Shown here piece after piece: positions 50,999 to 59,133 of a stretch of DNA of 64,000 bases; within the stretch, counting starts at the first letter, position 1; every line of letters starts with the position of its first letter. Location: positions 70,653-134,652 of the forward strand of contig JBEKIG010000005.1 of the NCBI GenBank assembly GCA_050011875.1, written 5' to 3'. The notes under the pieces were generated by a model. That model worked only from the letters and a program-made list of their open reading frames with translations, made no database searches and was not told where the DNA came from. Source of the DNA: Nitrososphaeria archaeon (GTDB taxonomy: Archaea > Thermoproteota > Nitrososphaeria > JACIWG01). The position numbers and the translations under genes were made by a program.

Positions 50999-52162
50999 TT
51001 GCAAAAGGACAATGTGGGGTCCCGAAGGATCCTATCTTACGATGAGGAAATGAAGCTTATAGTGGAGTCCATAAAAAAGTTTGGTCCAAAGAATGTCTCA
51101 GAAATTGCGAGGGAAACAAACCTTCCGACAGAAACCGTGAGGTATAGGATAAAGAATCAGTTAAAGGACGTGGGGATAAGATACCATGTGAGCATAAACT
51201 ATCTTAAACTTGGACTAATACGGTCCTGGATACTTTTGGACTTCTCAATACAGAACCTTAAGCAAGCTCCAGATATTCTTGACCTGCTCTCAAAGAGGGG
51301 GTATCTGACCTATTTCGCCAAGGTCATACCTTATGGTTACTATATTTCCATTTCAACCTTACCGTACTCTGCTATAACTAAATATAGAGAGCTTTTAGAC
51401 GAACTTGTAAGATTGGACATTTTGAAGGAGTACAGGATGATCGACCTACAGTACCTTAAACACCTCTCTCTCAGGCCGGAGTTCTACGACTTCTCAACGA
51501 AGACGTGGAATGTGCCGTGGAACGTCATCGACGCGGATTTAAAGAGGGATTCGAAGCCGATAATAGTGGACTACTCAAGGGCTCCCATAGATAAGATAGA
51601 TCTTTTAATACTTAAGGAGCTCCAGATTAACGCTTTACAATCTCTGGCTTCAATTTCAAAGAAGATAAATGTGGCGGAAAAGCAGGTCAGATACCACTAT
51701 AAGTCACATCTTTTAAACACCAATATCATTGACGGTTATGTTGTAAGATGGCAAGGAGATAGGTATCATCTCACAAACAAGTACATACTATCATGTTTTC
51801 TTGAATTCTCAGATCTGACAGTATCAGATGTCCCATACATCCATAAAGTGATTGAAACTCTACCTTTCACTTGGATGATCGCGCTTTCTGTTGACCGAAT
51901 GAAGCTTATTACACAGATATCAATACCGATAGCCTTTTACCATGACTCGCTCGTCTACTTATCCAACAAACTAAACATATACAAGGAAAAATACAACCTA
52001 TACAACATCGACTTCTACAGCGCTGGATCTTATACGTTGCCATTTGAATCATTTAGCGATGACGTCGGATGGTCTGCTGACATAGACGGCCTAATGGAAA
52101 TGTTTCGAGCGAGAATCCAAGCTACATCAAAAGCTCACATAACAGACTATGTCGGAAAATGA
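50999..52162 (+). CDS. Large tandem-HTH Lrp/AsnC-like transcriptional regulator
   Basis: HTH1 PKNVSEIARETNLPTETVRYRI; HTH2 IDKIDLLILKELQ...SISKKINVAEKQVRYHY. Confidence 0.82.
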   Translation: MQKDNVGSRRILSYDEEMKLIVESIKKFGPKNVSEIARETNLPTETVRYRIKNQLKDVGIRYHVSINYLKLGLIRSWILLDFSIQNLKQAPDILDLLSKRGYLTYFAKVIPYGYYISISTLPYSAITKYRELLDELVRLDILKEYRMIDLQYLKHLSLRPEFYDFSTKTWNVPWNVIDADLKRDSKPIIVDYSRAPIDKIDLLILKELQINALQSLASISKKINVAEKQVRYHYKSHLLNTNIIDGYVVRWQGDRYHLTNKYILSCFLEFSDLTVSDVPYIHKVIETLPFTWMIALSVDRMKLITQISIPIAFYHDSLVYLSNKLNIYKEKYNLYNIDFYSAGSYTLPFESFSDDVGWSADIDGLMEMFRARIQATSKAHITDYVGK

Positions 52163-52222
52163 CATCAATAAATATTGAATCAAAAGATGATAAAATATAA
52201 CAATAGAAAAAAGGGGGGAGGT

Positions 52223-52363
52223 CTACAATACTTCTGATCCACCGATTTTCTGTCCTAGCGGAACAAGTTTCACTATTTCATGTCCTAGAGGAGTAAATCC
52301 TACAGCATATGATGAAATAGCAATCAAGACCAAGGCCAACTTTATCTTATCTTCTCGAGTCAT
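52223..52363 (-). CDS. Small 46-aa peptide with signal-peptide-like N-terminus (absent from ORF track)
   Basis: MTREDKIKLALVLIAISSYAVGFTPLGHEIVKLVPLGQKIGGSEVL*; A-rich BRE/TATA-like sequence about 30-40 bp upstream; pyrimidine/T-run just after the stop. Confidence 0.65.
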   Translation of the reverse strand: MTREDKIKLALVLIAISSYAVGFTPLGHEIVKLVPLGQKIGGSEVL

Positions 52364-52618
52364 GTTTATCTGGCTCTATTAATGAAAGGACAGGGATAAA
52401 TTTTTTTCCTTTAATAAATATTTTCTATAAAATAGATGTATTAAAACTTTTTATTATATAAATTTTTCATTAAAAAATTTATAATGTTTATAAATTATGA
52501 TATTCTATTAATTTACTGCAAAGATATTTTCACAATAATAAGGGAAGAGATTTGTGAAAATGTTTAGTAAAATTTAAATATCTATAATATAAAGCCATCT
52601 TAACTATATAGTGATAAG

Positions 52619-53520
52619 ATGTCATTAGAACATACAAAAATAGTGCATTCTGAATTAATAGAAGTGCTTAAAAGTATTTTTACACAAGAAGATAACGTAA
52701 TCAGGCTTATAATACAAAAAAACACAGGGGAAAAGTTCCTTTACCCGCCACTAGACAAAATGCTTTACATGAAGATTGATAAAATTCTTGATATTTTAGA
52801 TTTCATTGTCTCAAAACAATTTCTAGCAAAGAAGCAGTTTGAAATCCTGAAGTTCTGTCCGGTCTGCTTCTCATACGAAATTATCCCAACCGAGCACTGT
52901 ACAAACTGCGGTTCGACGAACATCTCTAGAGGGAGGATCATAGAACACTTTGCCTGCGGATACATGCCGAAGGCAAAGACTACCTGAGAGGAAAGCTGAT
53001 GTATAAGTGCCACGCATGTGGCAACCTATATGAATCACCGGTAATCGACTACCATTGCCAAAAGTGCGGAGAATATTTCCCAATAGAGGAGCTAGGAGAA
53101 ACCGTAGTATACCAATACGAAGTTGTTAACCACAAGATGGAAATGATAAAGAACTCTCTTAAAACACTCGAAAACCTTGAAAAAACACTTAAAGAGAAAA
53201 ACTATCTGGTAAAACGCGCTGCTCAGGTAACTGGAACGTCAGGGATTGCATTTGATGTTGACCTTTATGCGACAAATTCGGAAAAACAGGATAACATCCT
53301 CGCAGCAACGTATCTGTTAGAAAGCAATATAACTGTGGATGAAATATTACGATTACAGGCGTTGGGATACGATCTAAACTCAAAGAAGATAATCATGGTC
53401 ACATATTCCACCTTCGATCAGAAGGCAGAGTTTCTAGCAAACTACTACAATATTAAGATGGTTGTTCCAGAGAATACGGGCGAAATAAACGAAGAGCAGG
53501 CAATAAAGCTATTCCTTTAG
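52619..53520 (+). pseudogene. TackOD1-like zinc-finger / restriction-endonuclease-like protein, copy A, broken by a deletion of about 67 nt
   Basis: CPVC..CTNCGS..EHFACGY, then frame break at about 52965; CHAC/CQKC and GTSGIAFDVD in the second ORF. Confidence 0.75.
52850..52964 (+). repeat. 115-bp perfect inverted repeat, left copy
   Basis: Identical to the reverse complement of 56851-56965; flanking paralogous DNA is clearly diverged. Confidence 0.95.
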
Positions 53521-53523
53521 CTT

Positions 53524-55464
53524 ATGTCATTCTTAAAACTTCCTTCATTGTCTAATAAAAGAGTCAAAGCTAAGGCTGTTCCATTGGCTGTTGAGGAGGC
53601 TCAAACAGACCCGATTCCTGAAGATCTAAATATATTAGATGAATATTGGGTTAAGGAAAAATTTTCGCGTGTCGTCGTCGGTAGACTTCCAGAAGGATCT
53701 AACATAAATTATTATGTAGATGAAGTTAAACTAAAAGTCGAAGAAAAGGCAGCCTATATCAAAATTTTTGATATAATCGCGAAGGAGCTTAATCCAGCTG
53801 AAATTGGAAAGGAAGAAGACGTCCGCAAGGAACTTCTAGGTGAAGCGAAAAGACTAGGCCAAAAATATCGCATGGCGTTCAAGGCGATTAAGGCCGAAGG
53901 ATGGAATAGGATAAACTACTTTCTTGAGAGGGATCTCTTAGGTTTTGGGCCCTTAAACAGTATCATGTTGGACTATAGAATAGAAGACCTCAGCTGTGAT
54001 GGTGTGAACGTCCCGATTTTTGTGTGGCACAGGAAATTTGAGAGCATACCTACAAACATAAGGTTCTTGAACAAGGAGGATTTAGATGATTATATTGTTA
54101 AGTTAGCTCACAAGTCTGGTAAACATGTGAGTTCAGCGTTTCCAATCGTTGACGCCATGCTCTTTGGAAAACACAGGCTTGCCGCCAGTTTCAGGGACGA
54201 GGTTTCACCGAAAGGATCAACTTTTACGATTAGAAAGTTCAGGGAAGAACCGTTCAGCATCGTTGACCTTGTACAGATGGGCACAATAAATGATGAGATG
54301 GCCGCTTATTTGTGGATGCTCATCGAAAACAGGGCTACGATAATGGTTATCGGAGGCACCGGCAGTGGTAAAACCACAGTACTAAACGCCCTGGCGTCTT
54401 TGATTAAACCAGGAATGAAGCTGGTGACCGTCGAAGAAACCGCTGAGCTCAACCTTCCTCATGAGAACTGGGTGCAGTTCGTCAGCAGAGAAAGCTATGG
54501 ACTTACTGGCGCGAAGATCGGACAGATCAACCTTATGGATCTAGTTAAGACGTCATTAAGATATAGGCCTGACTATCTTATCGTAGGCGAAGTTAGGGGG
54601 GAGGAAGCTTACGTCATGTTCCAAGCTATGGCTACTGGACACGGTGGTCTATCCACGCTTCACGCGGAGAACATAGAATATGCCATAAGGAGACTTGTAA
54701 GTCCGCCGATGAACGTTTCTGAAACGTATATTCCTCTGATCAACCTTGTCATTCTAATCGAGCGTGTGGCCTTGCCTGCCCCGAGGATGGAAATGAGCAT
54801 AGGCAGGAGGGCACGCATGGTTTGGGAGGTTGAAGACTTCGAGAAGTATTCTAACATTTTCAGTTGGATCCCTCAAGATGACGTATTCCTTTCGAGAGCG
54901 AAGGACAGCGTTATACTCATGCGTCTCGCGGAAAGAATTGGTAAAAGCCGAAGGTGGGTCATCAACGAACTCGAACGCAGGAAGATAGTAATAAGGTGGA
55001 TGACAGACAAGGGCATACACAATGTCAAGGATGTTGCCCGTATCGTCTACCAATATTATGCTAACCCTGACACGTTGATAAGCAAGATTGAAGAAGAAGC
55101 TACGATAAAGGAGGAAGTGCTACAGCCGATCTTCGCAGTGGCACCTGCATTACCGGATTCATCAACCGTGGTTCCTGAAGCACCGGCAGAAGTAGAGACA
55201 CCGGTCAGATTCATAGAAGAATCGCTGATAAAGATATACGATATTCTCGTAGCTCTTGGTGGAACCGCATCTTTGGAAACCCTCGCAAAAGACACGGGTA
55301 TGGACGATGTCACTCTATGGAGATACCTGAACATACTCAAAGGATTCGGGCATGTTCAGATTGTTGAGAAGAAGGAAGGTGACAAGTTCTCAACATTCTT
55401 TAATCTAACAGAACGTGGAAGCAGCTCATACGAGACATTGAAGGCAAGGCTTTCTAGGAAATAG
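53524..55464 (+). CDS. Type IV pilus/archaellum-type secretion ATPase (VirB11/FlaI family) with C-terminal wHTH-like extension
   Basis: GGTGSGKT, TVEETAEL, LRYRPDYLIVGEVRG and TGHG..TLHA; Pro/Glu linker and helix-turn-helix tail. Confidence 0.92.
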   Translation: MSFLKLPSLSNKRVKAKAVPLAVEEAQTDPIPEDLNILDEYWVKEKFSRVVVGRLPEGSNINYYVDEVKLKVEEKAAYIKIFDIIAKELNPAEIGKEEDVRKELLGEAKRLGQKYRMAFKAIKAEGWNRINYFLERDLLGFGPLNSIMLDYRIEDLSCDGVNVPIFVWHRKFESIPTNIRFLNKEDLDDYIVKLAHKSGKHVSSAFPIVDAMLFGKHRLAASFRDEVSPKGSTFTIRKFREEPFSIVDLVQMGTINDEMAAYLWMLIENRATIMVIGGTGSGKTTVLNALASLIKPGMKLVTVEETAELNLPHENWVQFVSRESYGLTGAKIGQINLMDLVKTSLRYRPDYLIVGEVRGEEAYVMFQAMATGHGGLSTLHAENIEYAIRRLVSPPMNVSETYIPLINLVILIERVALPAPRMEMSIGRRARMVWEVEDFEKYSNIFSWIPQDDVFLSRAKDSVILMRLAERIGKSRRWVINELERRKIVIRWMTDKGIHNVKDVARIVYQYYANPDTLISKIEEEATIKEEVLQPIFAVAPALPDSSTVVPEAPAEVETPVRFIEESLIKIYDILVALGGTASLETLAKDTGMDDVTLWRYLNILKGFGHVQIVEKKEGDKFSTFFNLTERGSSSYETLKARLSRK

Positions 55465-55467
55465 AAG

Positions 55468-55914
55468 ATGAAGAAAAAAGGTATTAGTCCGGTAATTGCA
55501 ACGGTTATACTGATCGCTGTCGCGGTCGCTATTGCGATAGCAGTCGCTTTTTGGGCATCTGGATTAGTTGGGTCTTTTACACGCTTCGAAAAAATGGATA
55601 TAATTAATTATTATGCAACAAGGAATTCAGGTGATTACATTTTTACAATCAACATGGAGAACGCAGGCCCTTCAGAAATCGTCATACAGGACATATTTGT
55701 AAACGGTGAACCTCTAAATAGTTTTTGGAGCGCCGCTACGGTCAATGGAAGCTCTTTTAGCTCAATTTCAATCAACCCCGGCCAAAAGTGTGAGATCTTA
55801 GTTATGTTTCCTGATAACAATGGAGTAAGAGCTTTCTCGTCTGGACAGACGGTTGAAATTAGTGTTCAAACATCGTCAGGAGTCCATTACGTTGGAACAT
55901 TCCTATTATCGTAG
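55468..55914 (+). CDS. Archaeal type IV pilin
   Basis: Class III signal peptide MKKKG|ISPVIATVILIAVAVAIA. Confidence 0.92.
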   Translation: MKKKGISPVIATVILIAVAVAIAIAVAFWASGLVGSFTRFEKMDIINYYATRNSGDYIFTINMENAGPSEIVIQDIFVNGEPLNSFWSAATVNGSSFSSISINPGQKCEILVMFPDNNGVRAFSSGQTVEISVQTSSGVHYVGTFLLS

Positions 55915-55922
55915 CATTTATC

Positions 55923-55955
55923 GTCAACTACCCCATCTTGAAGGATGTGGCTTGT
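55923..55955 (+). mobile_element. Orphan IscB/omega-RNA (HEARO)-type element end hairpin
   Basis: GTCAACTACCCCATCT-TGAA-GGATGTGGCTTGT matches the GTCAACTACCCC-hairpin-GGGCTTG end of IscB-type IS200/IS605 elements; no IscB ORF follows. Confidence 0.7.
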
Positions 55956-56230
55956 AATATTAGGTGGATGCGGGCAAATTCAGAAGGGAGCAGAGCATTC
56001 TTGTTTCTCGAATTTTTACGTGAAGTGTTCAAGCTGGGAATCATGAATTCTAGCATTATGTTCTTGCAGATTTTCCCACTTTGACACTTCATAATTTAAG
56101 ATAAAAATCTGTAAAGATGTAGATGCCAATTAGGATTGTCAGTTTGCACCTATTACCAAAAGAAAACAGAATGGTAGATTAAAGAATATAAGAAAAAAAC
56201 AATAAATTCAAAAGCCATGTATGCTTTGCA

Positions 56231-57096
56231 CTAGAGTAGTTTTGTTACTTGCTCTTTTGTGATTTCTCCTGTCTTCTCTGGCAAGACTCTCTGTAAGTTA
56301 TAGTAGTCTGCCAAGGATTCCGCTTTTTGATCGAATGAAACGTGTGTGATGATGACGATCTTGTTTGCGTTCAAGTCATATCCTAGGGCCTGCAGCCTTA
56401 GTATTTCGTTAACTGTTAACTTATCCTCCAGGAGGTATGTTTCTGCCAGAATATTGTTTCCTTTGTCAGAATTAGTCGCGTACAGATCTACATCATACGT
56501 TATTCCTGATGTCCCTGTAACCCCTGTACTGCGCTTTACAGAATAGTTGTTTTCTTGAAGACTTCTTCCAAGTGATTCAAGTGCCTTAAGAGAACTCTTT
56601 ATCAACTCCATCTTATGGTCAGTAATTTCATACTGGAACACCACGGTTTCCCCCAGTTCTTTTATTGGGAAGTATTCCCCACATTTCTGGCAATGGTAGT
56701 CTATCACTGGTTCATCATACAGGTTTCCACAGGCATGGCACCTGTACATCAATTTTCCTCTAGAGTGATCTTCGTTTTCAACTAATAGTGAACTATGGCA
56801 TCTTGGACATTCAAGTCCGCCATTTGTCAAGAAGAGGCTTTCCAGGTTCTTGTATCCGCAGGCAAAGTGTTCTATGATCCTCCCTCTAGAGATGTTCGTC
56901 GAACCGCAGTTTGTACAGTGCTCGGTTGGGATAATTTCGTATGAGAAGCAGACCGGACAGAACTTGGTGGGTAGAGGAACCTTTCACCAGTGTTCTTTTG
57001 AAGTACTAGTCTTATGGAATTTTCTTCCTGAGCTAAAATGTTTTTGAGAACATCTATTAGCTCCGTATGTACAATTTGGGTATGTTCTGTTGACAT
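56231..57096 (-). pseudogene. TackOD1-like zinc-finger / restriction-endonuclease-like protein, copy B, broken by a deletion of about 100 nt
   Basis: Paralog of 52619-53520; lacks the segment equivalent to 52750-52849, causing a frameshift after FLYPP; 3' part intact. Confidence 0.75.
56851..56965 (-). repeat. 115-bp perfect inverted repeat, right copy
   Basis: Reverse complement of 52850-52964. Confidence 0.95.
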
Positions 57097-57291
57097 GTCC
57101 TTGTAAGAATTCTTAAATGTTGCATATTTAAGTCTTTTTGACAGAAGGTTATTAGCGATTTCCTAAGTCTTGCCGTTTTGTCGAATTCTTGTAGATATAT
57201 AGCATTTTACACATTTATTCAAATGAAGGTCAGCCTGTGGAAAAGATTATATCTAATCATAAAAGTAGTTTGTAGTTACAAGTGCTTTTTT

Positions 57292-59133
57292 GTGGCAGTA
57301 GCCAAACCGATCCTTGGATACATCGATTCTATTGAGGAGAATCCAAAAGCTCTATCTACACAAATAAAGGCTTTTCGGAGGATCCTCAAATACCATAAGC
57401 CTTACACGCACATCTTAGTTTTCATAACCGCTTTAGCCGTCTTAAGGTCATACTTATTTCTTCTAGAGCCTCTGTACACTTCGCAAATCGTAGATTTTGT
57501 CATCGGCACAAACCCTCCAGTAACCAGCAACATTACGATACTTGCGGGTTTGTTGCTGGACATCCTAATCGCAGTGATAGGCTTCGGAATAGTCAACTGG
57601 TTAATAGTGTACTTCAACGGCACCGTCGCACAGTCGGTGATGGGGGATATGAGAAGTGACTATTACAGGTCACTTCAAGGAAAATCATTCTCATTTTTTG
57701 ACTCCAATTCAGTGGGGGATCTCACTTCAAGATCAACACAAGACATGCAATTTGTTGACATGTTTCTCAGAACATGGCTGAGCGTTATAACTAACCTTAT
57801 TTTTACATTCATTTTCATATATTGGGTATGTTTCACGTTAAATCCAGTGATGGGCTTATTGGCGATAATACCTGTACCCTTCATGTTCTATACTCAAACC
57901 AAGAACTTCTTACTGACGATGCCGCTCTTCAGGAAGATGCAGCTGATTTTAGGCAAAATCGGCACTTACGTGCAACAGAACATCATAGGAATGAAGAACG
58001 TCAGAATCTTTCAAAGAGAAGATGAAATGGAGGAAGGCGATAGAGCTATTGTTCAAAAGTTCACCAACATAGCGATCAGGGCAGGCAAAATTCAAGCAAT
58101 ATACATGCCTTCTGCAACAGCTATCCTCACACTCGGCATCGTGCTTGTCTACTTCTATGGGACTAGCGAGATATTAGCGTTGGGATTATCGTTAGGTTTG
58201 ATTTTGCTATATGCGAGATACATTATGAGAGTGTCAGGTCCTCTTCGTGACTTCAGCATGTGGGTAGGCGCTATGAGCAACGCTACAGCAGGTGCTGAAA
58301 GAGTCTTCGACATAATAGATATGCCTGGAGATGTCGCGGACAAGACTGATGCAAAAGATATCGCGATAGACAAAGGCGAAGTTGAATTCCAAAACGTGAC
58401 GTTTGGATATGTTGAGGATAACCCCATCCTGAAGAACATAAGTTTTAAAGCTAATCCCGGCGAAAAAATAGCTATCCTTGGGGCTACCGGAACTGGAAAA
58501 ACGTCTCTGGTATACCTTATACCGAGATTCTATGATGTTAACTCAGGTAGCATACTGATAGACGGAGTAGATATCAGGAATTTTAAGGTTTCATCTTTGA
58601 GAAGACAGATAGGTATAGTTCCGCAAGATGTATTCCTGTTTTCAGGCACGATAGGAAGTAACATCGCATTTGGGAGGGACAATGCATCAACGGAAGAAAT
58701 CGTATCTGCAGCAAAGATGGCAAGGATAGATGACTTTATTGAAACACTTCCAGATGGATACAACACGTATGTAGGTGAGAGAGGAGTCACCCTTTCTGGT
58801 GGCCAGAAACAGAGGCTCACAATTGCCAGAGCGCTTGTAGCAAATCCTAGGCTCTTGATCCTAGATGATTCACTATCATTTGTAGACGCCAAGACTGAAC
58901 AGTCGATCCAAGAGGCTATCAATGAAGCTTTGAAGGGCAGAACATGCTTCATAATCGCACAGAGACTCTCAACAATAAAGAATGCCGATAAAATAATGGT
59001 TCTTGAGGAAGGTGAAATCGTCGAGTTTGGAACGCACAGCGAACTGATGGCTAAGGGGCAGATATACAAGAGGATATACGAAACTCAGTTCCTTGAAAAG
59101 ACCGCTGAAGAGATATTGGAGAGTACGAAGTAG
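57292..59133 (+). CDS. ABC exporter fused permease/ATPase (heterodimer subunit 1)
   Basis: TM domain plus GATGTGKT, LSGGQKQ and degenerate ILDDS; probable GTG start at 57292. Confidence 0.92.
   Translation: MAVAKPILGYIDSIEENPKALSTQIKAFRRILKYHKPYTHILVFITALAVLRSYLFLLEPLYTSQIVDFVIGTNPPVTSNITILAGLLLDILIAVIGFGIVNWLIVYFNGTVAQSVMGDMRSDYYRSLQGKSFSFFDSNSVGDLTSRSTQDMQFVDMFLRTWLSVITNLIFTFIFIYWVCFTLNPVMGLLAIIPVPFMFYTQTKNFLLTMPLFRKMQLILGKIGTYVQQNIIGMKNVRIFQREDEMEEGDRAIVQKFTNIAIRAGKIQAIYMPSATAILTLGIVLVYFYGTSEILALGLSLGLILLYARYIMRVSGPLRDFSMWVGAMSNATAGAERVFDIIDMPGDVADKTDAKDIAIDKGEVEFQNVTFGYVEDNPILKNISFKANPGEKIAILGATGTGKTSLVYLIPRFYDVNSGSILIDGVDIRNFKVSSLRRQIGIVPQDVFLFSGTIGSNIAFGRDNASTEEIVSAAKMARIDDFIETLPDGYNTYVGERGVTLSGGQKQRLTIARALVANPRLLILDDSLSFVDAKTEQSIQEAINEALKGRTCFIIAQRLSTIKNADKIMVLEEGEIVEFGTHSELMAKGQIYKRIYETQFLEKTAEEILESTK

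Noticed and set aside
52965-52998. Programmed ribosomal frameshift joining the two TackOD1-like ORFs
   Set aside because: Comparison with the paralog shows about 67 nt, including a CxxC, are missing, so it is a deletion rather than recoding
52850-56965. Composite transposon bounded by terminal inverted repeats
   Set aside because: The repeats are internal coding sequence of paralogs; no transposase or target-site duplication seen
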